DNA of 36,843 bases from Folioceros fuciformis (GCA_049999805.1 JBNGIO010001638.1:1-36843); one strand, 5' to 3'. Positions 11,363 to 25,187 are shown, numbered from the stretch's first letter. A program made the numbers and translations. The notes: generated from the sequence alone by a model not told the origin.

Positions 11363-13562
11363 CTACGCAGTAGCTTGCATCATCTGAGGTACTTCATGTG
11401 GCGCTCTCGACGTCTCTACAACTCTCAACACATTGCTCACGTTCTCCTGCACAATATTCCACCAAGGAGAATCAGTCCAACATGAGTTCCTCAAAGGAAC
11501 AAAATTGCCGCAAGGAATCAGGAGGACCGTCCCACCTTCCACACTTGTAGCTGAGCTCGTAAGTCTTTCCACTGAGCCGGCCCAAATACTCTATCCGTGC
11601 ATCGGCTGCAGAAACAGACGGTTCAGACGACTCGTGGGAAGAAGCGCCAAATGCAGAGCAACATATTCATGCTCAAAAGTCCTTGCCTGATTATGACAAC
11701 TTGACGCAACTGGTCCATCTTAGCCTCAAGCAACTTCGAGCCAATAGCCCTCACCACCCAGTACTCAACTTCGTCCTCAGACAGCTGCATACAAAATTCA
11801 GCTTCTCTTAAGAGGACCCCACTCCCATAAGGACTCATCTGGGACACCTTTTACAGAGGACTACTTTGGAAGGAATCCGACAATTACCTTCAAAGTGTCC
11901 TTGATCACAGGATAAGGGATCTCTCCGGAGCCCGTGGATGCAAGACCAGCAAGGGACATGAGCCGCATTTTTGTTACGCAGCTTTCATGAACTAGGCCTA
12001 CAATCCAGAGAATGAATGAACAACCGCAGATAACAAAATCAGTCAGTTGCAAAGCAGTCACGGTTTCCAGGTCTAGTCAGATACACCACAGACCAACCTA
12101 CTTACCAAAATTCTTGAGCGTCTCGACGTTTTTTGCCTGAAAGCTGAGATAGGCATCAAGTTTAGAGTTCAAGAAAATATCAAGCAGATAATATACGGCA
12201 GAATACTTGGGGTCCTTCTCCAGTTGCTGAACTGGTGGCATCTCCAGTAGGTCACACTGACGGTAAAAGAACAATATTAGGGTTACTGGTAAGTTCCTGG
12301 GCACAAAAGTTTTGTTTAAGCATCACATCACAATTCACCTGATTCGCTTCAAGAATCCAATACCACCTGACATCTGAATTATCGCACTAAGAACACAACA
12401 GGTGGATGGAGGTTAGGAGCACTCTGCTACCTGAAACATGTCTGGAGCCTTAACAAACTCAAGCACTGCCCGGACAGCCTCTTCCTTGGCTTCGCTCAAG
12501 GTGGCCGCATCTTCACCAGCAAAAGTTGCAAGATACTTCACAAGGTATGAAAATGAATCTTTGGAGCACCTGCCACCATGAAGCCAAGTAAAAAGTGAGA
12601 TATCTGCAGAGAAACTAAACAGGAAAATGAAGCATGAATAGAGCGATTGAAAAGATTGCGAGAAACTACTCGACGAAGATTCACACACCCCTTGACGTCC
12701 TTCAACACATTTGTTGCAGTGAGATAAAGATCCCTCTTGTCCGTAATGCCAACATTCCATTCTTTCAGGAACACCTCTAGTCGTTTTAATGAAGGAACGA
12801 TCAGCTCCAAAACTTTGCCAGCAACAGCAAGCTTTACAGCCCTCTTGAAGATCAAGTACCGACCATAGGGATTTTCAAGCACGTTGTAGAGGTGAAACAA
12901 GCTGCCAGCACCACCCACACATCTTCAGGACCTGGAAAATAAAATAAAAGCAAAACGGGAACGCACATGGAGATTCAACGTCTCCTGGACATTTGTCTGA
13001 CACCCACATCTTCAGCCGGAGAGCAGGTTTATCTACTGGCTGCGCCGTCAACTTCGTTGCAATTTGATCAGCCATCGCCAGTGCTTCATCTGGACTTTGA
13101 GCTTTCGATACAAGGTTGCAGATGACGGTAAAAATACATTCCAGGTCTGTGCTTTGATCAAATCCGATGAATGCACGGAATGTCAGGGTCGCAGGAAACA
13201 TGCCAGCGTGATGAGAGGAAAGAATAAACTGACAGAAGAAAATAGCAACAGTCCGGGTACCTTTTTCCGCAGCATTGGCAAGCACTACTTCAGCAGACGT
13301 TAGCAGCTGATAGGCAAGCTGAGAAATTCGACCTACTATCAGATGATTCTCGGCCTCCTCACAAAAGCGTGCTACTTGAGGCTCCGCTATCTGCCATTTT
13401 CAAAGTGCGTGAAGTCACACCTCAGCACCAAGGACCAACATCCACAAACAAGCGATTTTGAAACAGCACCTCTGCTCCGCCCTCCGACCATGAGACTTCA
13501 GCAATGAAGCGCGCGACGGCGAGGGTTGGATCTTCATCAGACGTTTCCACGAGAGCCGCCAT
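11363..13562 (-). CDS. eIF3m: Eukaryotic translation initiation factor 3 subunit M (PCI domain)
   Basis: MAALVETSDEDP, DLECIFTVICNLV, FVKAPDMFQCDLL, KMRLMSL and KLLEAKMDQ. About 10 exons, including one GC-AG intron at 11686-11606. Confidence 0.93.
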
Positions 13563-13819
13563 GATTTCGAGCTCAACTCGGACAAACGACAGTGGATATA
13601 TCTTCTCGCAGCCCTAGTCAGGTGGGTCCTCAGATTTCTGTACTGGTAGTCCTGTCTTGTGCTCGAAACCCTGGGATCGGGTTACTGCAAAGCTCAATGC
13701 GCTCGAAGGGGTCTATTGCATATTTCACTCCACTTCTATGTACAGTACTTCATGTAGGTCGGTCTAACCACGAGCCCTAAAAAACTGCCAAAGTACGGGC
13801 GTGGTCTGGGATTGAATAG

Positions 13820-14690
<871 letters not shown>

Positions 14691-16010
14691 ATCATTCATT
14701 ATAACTCCAGTTTTGAATTGAGTCTTCATTCAGGAATGTCGCCGTGTCCCCATTCTGTATTACCACCGAGTGTCTTTTTTGCACGACCTGGAGGACGTTT
14801 CAATACTACCCAGGAAAATTGGACAACTTTTTCTTCCCTGTATTTTCACTGAAACTGTGAAAGGAGACATCTGACTTGAATGTCAGGATCCCCAAGTAGC
14901 TGAAGGACATTCCTCTGACCCCCCGACGTGCATATGCATATTGTCGGATTGTCGTGCGAGGCGTACGAATTCCTCGAGGCAGCGGATACTTCAAACTTCG
15001 GGAGTGAAATTCCTTCCTTGAGCAGTGCTCGTGTGGGACAGTGCTGGGGGGACAAATTGTTGCTGGTTTTTCCGCAGTCTAGGGTTGGTTGATCTGTAGA
15101 CCCCCGTGGTCTGCCAGTGGGGCTGCAGTTGTTGCGATCATCTTTATCTTGAATTGTCCCTTTTTGACAGAGAAAGATCTTACTGGTCTGACCAAGGAAA
15201 GGTGTCCCTCCATTATTAAGAGGGACGATCGGGTTTGGATATTCATATGTATACAGAATGAGTGATCCCGTGCCATCCGGGAGAGTGCGCTGCCCCCGTG
15301 ACAAATATGCAGATGCGTTGATGCTTGGAATACTTATGCACTATTAGTAGACGTGCTGGTGTTTAAGAGGCTTTTGAGAAAACAGAGTGGAGACAGTCTC
15401 CTGTGTAAGAAAACTGAGCGGAAGGGGACGTCAAGTGATAAAAGGCGCGGTATGTATGTACATAGTACCAAGGAGTAGGTAGTTTAGTCTAACAAATGAG
15501 GTGAGAGGACGGGGTACCTGGGTAGCCTAATAAAGCAGAGAGTGTAGGCGTAAATGACGCTTGACGCACTGTGGCGCCACGACCTGTGATGCCACTTCCC
15601 CCGCTTTTCCTCGCACGCCCGCGTCCGCACTGGCCTGGCGCCCGATCGCCCACGGGCATCGCGTCGCCTCGCCCCGCGATCCCGAGCGCCGCGCTCCCAT
15701 TCCTCGCACCGCGCAAGCCGGTTGGCTGGCTGCCGCCGCGGCAATCCTCTTCCTCGGGCCCGGCCACCCTCGGCCTGCTGCCCGCTGTTGCGTGCTTGCC
15801 TGCTTGCCTACCTGTCTGCCTGCCTGCGGCTCTCACATCTTGCTCAGGGTTTTGGCTGGCCTTGCCACCACCGCAAAGCCCTTGCTCCTGTTTGCCTGCT
15901 TGCTGCATTCTGCACGGAACGATGCGTTCGCCACCGGAATGCGGCCAATGCCCGAGACAAGCATCCCTGCTGCACGCCCCAGCTCTGCCAGAGTGCCGGG
16001 CCCCGGGACG

Positions 16011-16050
16011 TGATGTGATGTGATGTAGTGTAGTGTAATGTAATGTAATG
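16011..16050 (+). repeat. Compound pentamer microsatellite (TGATG)3(TAGTG)2(TAATG)3
   Basis: Read directly from the sequence. A (GGAT)n tract also lies at about 16455-16482. Confidence 0.85.
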
Positions 16051-16614
16051 CAATACTTTGGTTTCTGCACGCTCAGAATGTGATGTGGAGTCCTCCCCTC
16101 CTGCCCCTGTTAGCCTGATCTGTGTTCGTATGTTTGCGTGCCTGCTGTTTCTGTGCTTTCCATCTTGTGGTTGGAAAAGCGTACCATTCGGATATGGCCT
16201 CCCGGCTCTCCTCGGGCAGTCGTAAAGCGTGGTAATGGACAAAAAAAGCTGCAAGTTTCCGACATGGGATTTGAGAGAGAATTGTATCTTCGTGGCCCAG
16301 CACTGGCCGGATTGCGTGAGTAGGATGGAAACGGTCTTGCAGCAGTTCTGGAAGACCACAAAAGCAAGGCTTTTGACAGGTGTTTTTTTCTCTTGTGCAA
16401 TTTGCAACACGCCTGTCGTCAGGCCTTCGTAATAGTTACTGGGACTTAGATCTAGATGGATGGATGGATGGATGCGTGGATGGAGCATGCGCTCATGTCT
16501 GCTTGATGCTTTAGCTGAGGCCTTTGGCAGGTCTCGTTAGAATTCAAATCCCTGTTTTCAGGTGTGTCGGCAGCACCTAGCACCTTTGGACATTGCACTT
16601 GTATTTCCAGGAAG

Positions 16615-19527
16615 ATGGCAGTAGCTGCATTTAGGTCTACCACCAAGAGAAATTGCAGCATAGGGGGGAATGACAACAATAGTTCAAATCCTCGTGCCAA
16701 GCATACCACTCCTCAGAAACGAGGTCACAGAAGGTCTAAGAGCTTGTCCGACACTACTCCTAGATATGCCTCTGATACTGGTTCAGGGGGAGATGGTCGA
16801 TTTGGCCCAACAGATACTGGCTTTCACGTAAGGCAGTCTTGGTCCGTACAGCCTTCAAGTGATTCAGAGGTGAGTCCATCTACATTTTTTCATTTTTCCC
16901 CCCTGATTTTCACTATCAGCCTTTAACACTGCCGACTCCCGAAAGTGTACTCCTTCTGATACCCACCCCGACCCTTTTATGGCAGTAATCACATGTTATT
17001 GTCCTTGTTGTCTAGCAGAGTGAAGCTGAAGGATTTGCTCAGCGTCGCCGCTATCAACGCACCAGCCTGGACTTCGGCTCGTTGAGGAGGGATCTAGCTC
17101 GGGGTGAAAAGTGTAGGCAATGCACTGGACTCAGAAGATCCTCAAGTCAGCTTGATTTGTCGACCTCTCAAGCTGACGTAGTTTGTGTATGAACTCCACC
17201 TCTGGTTGCATCCACTACTATGAGTCGTTCTGAGCGTAATTGGCTGCTGAAAGTATGGATGTCTTTCAGGTTGATGCTGAACAACTGTGCCATTTTGCAG
17301 AGACATGGCCGAATCGTGGCCGGTACCCAGCAGTCAAAAGACTGTTTGGAGGCGCCGGTTGAAGAGAAGACAATCCGAACTATACATTCTCAGATGAAGG
17401 TGTGACTTAAAGTCAGACTAACAGTCAGTCCATGAAGTTAGGTCACCGTAGAATTTTGCTAGACCTCTTTTCCGGACTCCAAGTGGGGAGGCCTTGGTTT
17501 TCAAAAGTTTCTCTGGTTGTCATCGTTCTTCTGGGGGCAAGTGTCATTCCCCAATGTCTTCGACTGAAAGATTTTTGGTTGATGCATCGCAGCAGCCACT
17601 GGAGAGCGACCCTCCGTCTGTGGAACAAGATCCTATCAGCCTCTACAATGCCATGCGGGCAGAAGTCAGACGAGCGGTTGCTGACCTTAGGGTGGAGCTG
17701 GAGCAGGTACAAGTCCAAGTCCGTGCGGACTACACAGCCAACTTATTCTGGGAACCTCTCTAGTAGTGGACCAGTTGTTCTCTTGACCTAAACCTCCTGT
17801 AGCGCACTCTAACATCTTGTCTTTTATACTTCTGCGTAGTCAATTGGCAAGGAGCCGATGTCGCCCAGCACTGCGTCATCAGGGGAGTTCTGTCCAACCA
17901 GTCAAGCTACAGTTCAAACCGAAGTTTTCCAGGCGGTTGCTGAAGTGAGGCGAGAATTTGCAGCCAAGCTTGAGCAGGTTTCTTCTGACTGATCCTCTGT
18001 TGGATCTTACCTTCAGCCTCAATGTGTGCAGATGTGGTGCTGGTTCTAATCCGTCAGTTGTGCTGATCCTGTCATGTGGCTTGTTAGTCTGAGAAGAGAG
18101 CTCAGGAGCTGTGGACACAGCTAGCTGTTGAAGAAAGGCGGTGCTTGGACCTTGTAAAGTTTGTGAAAGAGATTCTGCCAACCTGTGGCCTACAGTCTCG
18201 CCAAAGTCTTCATCAGGTCATCCGGGTATGGACATGGACTAAGTGAATTTTCAAGGTTGGTGGGGTTTGATCCAGGTGTTTGTGTTTTTCAGCTTCACGG
18301 TGCTTACCCGAGCAAGGCTTTGTCGGTATTTTTGCTGCAGGGACCGCTGGAAAAACAGATTCTAAGGATGGGTGGAGATAAACAGTGGGTTTCCAAAACT
18401 TTAGATGAAGACGCCAGAAGATATTTTGAGGAGTGTGTTTCAATCTCCACCCTAGATTCTGAAGGCAAGGATGTTGCGTCTCCTGGGAGACAAGATCTGC
18501 GGGTTAGAAGTCCAGGGAGAGTCCTTAGAAGCTCTCCTGGCTCGCCATTGGCTGGGAAGTTACTGGCCGAGTCATCACGGAAAGCAAATGACATGGGTAC
18601 GGAACCTGTGTCCTTGGTGAGATCACCGTCAGACTTGTCATTATCTGATACTCAAGATGGTCTCGTGCTCCCGTGGCTTGACTGGGAGACCGAGGTGGAA
18701 AATGGGCCCAAGAAAGGCTCAAGAAATGACAATGTTCATCAGGTACATCCAACCCCACATTATGTAACCCTTGTGCATGAGTGGTTATCGATGCTCTTCG
18801 ATTGACTGGAGTATTGTGCTGCAGTGGAGTTGGATGAGTTTTGCGATTGTTATGGCTTTAATGTTGTGGTCACCTTGATCAACGCTGGTCATCTCAATTG
18901 CCTTTTCGATGACATAAGGACAAGACCTGGTTGACTTTAATGATCAGCAGCCGAAGTTCATTTGTAGCTCTGCGTGACTGGAAAGTTTTGTGTGATTTCT
19001 GAATCGGATGATAGCCTCCTCCATCGTATTCTAATCCAGGAATCCCACCCTATTCAGAATTGACAAGCAGGTGTTCCATTGATTCACTCTGGTTGCTTGG
19101 TGTGATGAAGGTAGTTAGCAATGTTGTCGCTGTGACCAAAGGCGGGCTGTTCTCTGTTATGCTGATGTTGAATGACAATGTATGATCTTAGGAACCGGGC
19201 CGTGCAGCGTGTTCTTACAACTTGGACAACTTTCAAGTAGAGACTGCCAGTGAATGTGCCTTCCCTGAATTCAGAGAGTTTGGAGCAGGCATCGAAGCTG
19301 GATTCTCAGCTTTGTCATTAGGTGACAAGACTTCTAGAGGAGTAGCAGGTGATGCTGGAAGGTTTCTGCACAGTAATCTGCCGAAAGCACTGGATGGAAG
19401 CTTTCAGCGCAGATGGCATAGATGGAAACATGGAATCAAGGCAGAGGAGTATGTAGTACAGAGGATAAGGTTTAGGAACAGAATTTCTAGTGGAAGGATT
19501 CATATATGTGGAGGCAAGCGGCCATGA
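16615..19527 (+). CDS. Conserved land-plant protein of unknown function (multi-exon, coiled-coil)
   Basis: Motif blocks AFRSTTKR, RRSKSLS, LRRSSSQLDL, EEKTIR, LYNAMRAEVRRAVADLRVELEQ, FAAKLEQSEERA, LDEDARRYFEE, DGLVLPWLDWET and RNRISSGRIHIC lie on GT-AG-bounded exons. They resemble an uncharacterised plant family as I remember it. Internal exons are not fully resolved. Confidence 0.78.
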
Positions 19528-20404
19528 GTGACTCGAGGACAGAGGAGCCGAAGACAAATGACCAACGGAGCAGCCGACCGCTGTGTAATCTAAAGTGAAC
19601 TTTGGGAGCGTGGCCGTGGTCTTCCAACACGAGACCTTCAACACTTCGATGCTTCGTCGATCACGCCAATCTGTATCACGTTTACGACAAGCTAGAAGGG
19701 GGTGAGCAGAAGTAAGTATTTCCGGTATCAGTGTCGACGTGTCGCCTTCAGGAGCTTCTGTGTGACATACAGGTTGACTATGGTAAACTATTGGGTGAAC
19801 TGCCGAGGCTGCCATTCCGACGAAGATGGCCAGATAACGGGTGGTGGCTCCCAAACATGTCGCATCACGGGGTGTCTACCCTTGAACAGCAGATCAGGCT
19901 GGAACACCAGAACTCATGCAGAGCACAGTCCGAGACGTATCGAGAGCCAGCAGCAGCGGATTTATTTTGCGCCGGTGCAGTCATAGCTCCCCGGAGTCTG
20001 TATCATTGCAGACGGAGAGGGTCTCAAAACGGGTGATCGCCCTTTGTTCGAAAATATTACCCTGTGATTGGAATAGACTTCTGCGTACAAAACGGGCATC
20101 AAATGTGGCAAAAAGTATCTGCTTTCCTCCCTCCCTGCGACTGCCGGCAACGTTGCGCGTGCCTTGAACAAAATCCTGATCCCAACATGCCCCACTGAAT
20201 GCTTGCAAAGGGTATCACACAGCAGCAGTCTGTGGAGGTGGGTAAATAAGCGTGCCCGAATCCACTCCAGTGACAGTCGAGGTCGAGCCTGATCCACTGT
20301 ACGGTGTCTTGAAGAAACCATTCTCCACCGTTCAAAACCGTCTGCAACAAAGGTTTTCCACTTATCCGGGTTTTAGAGCCAGGTGAGGAGGAGGGTATGT
20401 GAGT

Positions 20405-20440
20405 CCCGGAGTCCTCCATCCCACCATGGAGGACTCCGGG
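20405..20440. repeat. Perfect 15-bp inverted repeat (hairpin) with a 6-nt loop
   Basis: CCCGGAGTCCTCCAT-cccacc-ATGGAGGACTCCGGG. Confidence 0.95.
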
Positions 20441-20902
20441 TTGTGATGTTGTAGCACAACTCTTTCCCTCATTGCAGCTAGCTGTGCCCTCTACAAACTA
20501 TAAGGAAATTACTCCCTATAAGAACCTTGAATCTTGATGTGGTACCTGTTCTCCATTTGGAGATCTTTTTCTTATGATCGTAAGGATGTCTCAAGGTTCA
20601 TCCACAACAAAGTCTTTTTTTTCCATTTATCATTCGCTTGTAACATTCATACTTTTATACAAATGATATACACTGACTTATTGTAGTTCAATTGCCATTA
20701 CTTGTCAATTGCTGCAGAATTACATGCTACATCCAATAGCAGCACATGATCTAACGCTTTTCATCCCACCTCTTCTTCTTCCTCCAGCTGCTAGGTCTGT
20801 TTAGCTGTTAGGCACATATTGTATTGGAACAAAATCAAAATCTCATTGCATAGAAAAAGCTTAGGCACTTGACATAGTCAGTTACCATCTTTGTTTCTTC
20901 AA

Positions 20903-21490
20903 CTAATGTCTCCTGGACATGCCAACTTCTTTGAGTGAGGTATCAAGATTGGTTGTACAATTACAGGCATGTACCCTCAAGTAAGTTGCAAACTCCCGAA
21001 AATTCGACATGGCTACCACCTCCGGTCTGCTCATGTACTCTAGATACTCCAATGGAGAAAATTTGAGTTTAAGCTGCGGCCTCTTCTTGCTTTTGGGGTT
21101 AACCAATGGTGCATACCCTCCCAAATACATCTTGATCAACATCTTGTTTGCAACTTGTGCAACCTTGAGGGCAGTATCATAACCTCCAAGATAATGTTGA
21201 TATCCAATTCGCATGTGTGACCTCTTGTTGTATGGAAGAGGCTCCTTTTTGCTTGTTGCAGGATGGGTTGAGATGTTGTAGTACAACTCTTTCCTCTTTT
21301 TGTATCTCTCAAACTGTTTACCAACAACGAGGAAATCACTCTTCAGGAGTGCTTGGATCTTGGTAGCTATATCATCTTCCACTACATCTTGCTCTTGGTA
21401 GGCCTTTCACTCTTCTCTTGCTCTTTTACTTCCAAAGTTATGTCGTCATTCTCCAAAACAGATGTTAATGGCTGCAATGCTTCAAATTCC
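20903..21490 (-). pseudogene. Degenerate AP2-domain-like ORF
   Basis: HYLGGYDTALKVAQVANKMLIK...LKFSPLEY...MSNFREFATYLR resembles VYLGGxDTA..AARAYD.AAIK..NF..DY...M.N...EFV..LRR. A frameshift or stop near 21385 separates it from an upstream acidic segment. Confidence 0.5.
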
Positions 21491-21733
21491 TACACATTCA
21501 AATTGATGTTCCAATTGGTTAATAAGCTTAACTTTGCACAAGACATCACAAGCTAGTAGACAATGTATTGACAGCACAAATGGATCAATAACAACAATAA
21601 AACACTCTTCAAAAGTACCTCTAAACTAGGAAAATGAATATAGTTGTCTTGCATGTCATCCAAGGAGAAGTACTCTTCAATAACCAAAAGTGAAGCAATT
21701 GAAGAAGCTTGAGTCCATGAAGAAACTCTGCAG

Positions 21734-21785
21734 TGGAAAGATCATCTACAAGACTATTATGGAAAGATCATCTACAAGACTATTA
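21734..21785 (+). repeat. Exact 26-bp tandem duplication
   Basis: tggaaagatcatctacaagactatta occurs twice in tandem. Confidence 0.95.
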
Positions 21786-22599
21786 TCTCAGATACCTACA
21801 TTAATAGCCAACAAAAAATGCATGTTGTGTGGGCGCTTGATAACACAAACATGGAGATTGGATGTGTAGGGCATGTAGAAGGCAATGCCCTCAAGGAGAA
21901 CGGTGATTTTTATGAAGAAGATGTGAAGATTTTTAGAAATGTAGCTTTTGTTTTGTACTTTGTTTCTCAACATGTGTATGGTGCCTTATAAAGGCTCCCA
22001 TAGTACTAGAAATGCCAAAAAAATGGATGATGTGCAGCAGCCAAGTATTGCATGGAACCTATAACCTTGAAGATGTTCCATAGCTTATGAACCAATTATC
22101 TTAAGTATGTTAGCATATAAAATTAAAGAAGAGAACTATAATCCATTCTATACTTGTTGAAGTCAAAAGAAAATCCTTTAAACCACATGATGCCTTTTCA
22201 TCCACTCCATGGGCATGGTTGTGGCTTCCTTTTAAATTATAGTCCCTCGTATTTGCAGCCTTCTTCCAGCAATCCGTTTTACCATATGATTAGGTTTCCA
22301 TAAACTTTGCAAACAATGTTCAATGAGGGGGTTTCTTTCACTTTTCTTCTCCTTGACACTAATCAATAGATCTAGTCCTCCCATTATGATTGCTTTTAGA
22401 TGATGTTGATGCTTGACTACAATTAGCTTTTCCTTTTCCTCTTGAGTAGAAAGTAGAACCTCTTTGCTCTCGTTACATAATTGACTAATCAACTCGATAC
22501 AATTAATTACTATTATCTTATTCTACCCATGCATTTAAGGCAATAAACAAGTCTTCTATCATATGGGTAAGGTCCTCGTGATTACCATTATTATGGATA

Positions 22600-23600
22600 C
22601 ATGGTTGTGGAGGCCATGGATGTGCTCATGTGGGTGGGTAAACCAGATGCCTTCACGTGGTTTTCCATTATATCATATGACAAGCAAGGGGAAACCAATG
22701 CGGCCATACAACTCTATTGTGACATGAATATGTGAGGAGTTAAGGCGGATGCTCACGTCTTTGTAGCTGCCCTTGCTGCCAACTTGGAATGTCATAAAAG
22801 TGCACTAAGAAGTGGTGCAGAGTGGCATTCTAGCTACTAGCTTGTTTGTTGGCAACTGCTTGGTGGACATGTATGCAAACTGTGGGCAACTGAAAGATGC
22901 ACGCCAGGCTTTTGACAACATGGCCACAGCGAAGTGGTGACATGGATTGCCCTGAAATCCGGGTATGTAAAATGTGGTGAACTGGAAGACGCACGCAAGG
23001 TTCTTGACAGATGAGCAGGAAGAATGTGACATGGACTGCCCTGATATCTGGGTATGCACAGCAAGGACGCAGCCACGAGGTGCTTTTTCTGTATGGACAA
23101 ATGGAGCAAGGGGGCCTGATTGTGGCTGACCTTATTACTTTTTCTTGCCTTCTCAAGGCCTGTGCAACCACTGATGCCTTACACAAGAGCAGGCAGCTGC
23201 ACTCACTAATTGGCGGAAGAGGACTGCTCCAGGAAGTGGTGTTAGGCAAAATGAATGCCTGGTGAACATGAAAGCAAAATGTGGTGAACTGGAGGAGACG
23301 CACCAGGTTATTGACAGCATGAACAAAAAAGGATGTGGTGACATGGACTACATTGCTATCTAGGTATGTACGGGAAGAGATGGGCCAGGAGGCTCTTGTT
23401 GTGTATGGACAAATTGAGGATTCTTACGTCGGGTACCAATGTTACTTTTGCGTGCCATGGGAAGGCCTGTGGAATCTCTGGTGCCTCACAGAAGGGCAGA
23501 GATTGTCAACAGGGTACTGCTGGATAATGTAGTGCTGGGCAACTGCGTAGTGTGAATGTCTGCAAAGAACTGGAAGATGCACGCCAGGTTTTCGATGCCA
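22600..23600 (+). pseudogene. PLS-class pentatricopeptide repeat pseudogene
   Basis: FVGNCLVDMYANCGQLKDARQAFDNM, NVTWTALISGYAQQG, ITFSCLLKAC and VTWTTLLSRY, interrupted by several stops and frameshifts. Confidence 0.9.
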
Positions 23601-23724
23601 GCATCGACCGAACTTAGTAGCTGGCGAATACCAGGCCCCGTGAAGGGAGGATGTACAGAGCAGGAAACAGCAGCAAGGGGGTTGAGTAGTGCAAGCCCGT
23701 AGGAGGGGCACAAGGCAGGCACCA

Positions 23725-24441
23725 GAAGTTCAGCTTGAATTCTTTCATGTCTCTGCACATCTCCACCGATCCCACTACTGCTTGAAGTTGCTGAAGCCAT
23801 CAGGCCCTGCCTGCAGCGAATATCGCACAAATTTGACTCACCTGCGCGGATTGGATCAAGCAGCAGAGAAGATGACCTTGGGTTGCCCGCTCGTAATCTC
23901 CGCATAGCATAACCGCTACTGGACCTGTCAGCACCTTGGACAAGAAAACTAATTGATCCCACTAGCTGTGATATCAGACTGGTTAAAGAGGGCCGTGACG
24001 AAGTCCCATTGGAAGCGTGAGGTTGCCACATGTGACCTGAACTCCTTAAACGGCCGTGGCATCCAGTCATCTCTCTAGATTAACCCTGGATCTAGACTTC
24101 TAAGTGCTGGACTACAGAATCCTTGCACCTGTGAAGCCCAGATGTGGCAGACACTTGTAGCTGGGAGGCAGTATCCTAGAGTTGTAAATGAAGTCGGTTA
24201 CCCTTTGAAAACATTTCCAAGGGACCTGACATCTGAAAGGCAGTGTACACAAGTTTCAAGTTCGTGTCTGAATGGAATACAGGTCAGTCCTTCCATTGAT
24301 GAGCCCATGCCTCCGAATTGATACTCGCAGTCTGCGTTGTTTCAGAGAAAGTCTAAATTTCCAACCGTTTGCTTGCACATCCGATCCCCTGCCTTTTCCA
24401 GCGACTTTAGCAATGACGCCGGCAGCCTTAGATGTTGCCAT
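23725..24441 (-). pseudogene. GH3 pseudogene, the 5' half of a paralogue of the gene at 26245-28429
   Basis: RRHGLINGRTDL matches RRHGLNGRTDL. SKVLTGPVAVMLCGDYERATQGHLLCCLIQSAQV matches SKVVTSPLAAILCDDYEQATYCHLVCGLIRSGQV. Multiple frameshifts and stops are present. Confidence 0.85.
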
Positions 24442-24560
24442 GCATCAGAGTTGAGCACTAATCCCTTCACAAATAATTGGTCTTGGGCAGCAGTATGCTG
24501 AATAGAGTGCAACAAAACAATTTATATATAGGTATTACTTCTTATGAGTATGTTGTGAAA

Positions 24561-24565
24561 GGGGG

Positions 24566-24611
<46 letters not shown>

Positions 24612-24633
24612 GGATCGAAACCCGGCGTCTCCA
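24561..24633 (+). tRNA. tRNA-Ala(TGC)
   Basis: 73-nt cloverleaf with anticodon TGC at 24594-24596, the G3:U70 alanine determinant and A73. A TTTT terminator follows, and TATATATA lies at about -38 to -31. Confidence 0.93.
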
Positions 24634-25187
24634 TTTTGAATTCCTTGTATACCGGACGAGGAGTTTTGTGTCCTGAACGCCAACACTTAAGCATTGTGAG
24701 CCTTACACATGGTGGCATACAAGGTGGCTTAGAGGACCTCCACAGCATGTATTACAATTTTTTTTCCATATAGAGGAATAGTGATAAGAGTCAAAAGATG
24801 CTCAATAATTTCTACATGTTTTCCCCACTATTCAAGTGTAGAAAAGTACAAGTGCTATAGAACATATCAAAGATAATGGAAAAAGATTAGTAGTTTTGGT
24901 AAGATTTACTCTTTAAGAGTGTTTAGAATAAGATATGAAGTCGATGGTAGAGGAAATGAAGAACCCATAAACCATCAACCCATGAACCCATAAACTTTGA
25001 CATTAACAAAGGAATTGAAGAAGTAGAATTAAAGCTAAGAAGAATGCTTCAAAAAATGGCCAAGAAGTCTTTTAGGCTTGATATTACAAGTTTGGAGCAT
25101 GCTATGTTGTTCAAAGTAAGTGAACTTAATGGGAGCAGTATGATGTGGTGGACTACGGTAGAGTGGTGTGCCCTAGGGTGTCACAAT

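Larger units (their letters stand above)
20405..22560. mobile_element. AT-rich, probably transposon-derived insert
   Basis: GC and CpG drop abruptly after the hairpin, and decayed minus-strand ORFs follow. No transposase or RT motif was seen. Confidence 0.4.

Noticed and set aside
15484-16488. Several overlapping 100-214 aa ORFs
   Set aside because: They lie in GC-rich, microsatellite-containing leader or promoter DNA of the gene at 16615 and show no protein-like motifs.
19700-20420. Cluster of 75-119 aa ORFs
   Set aside because: They have no recognisable motifs or coherent splice pattern and are likely UTR or intergenic DNA.
22200-22330. WRKY/MULE-like KGSHNH on the minus strand
   Set aside because: The match is short and lacks in-frame upstream cysteines.
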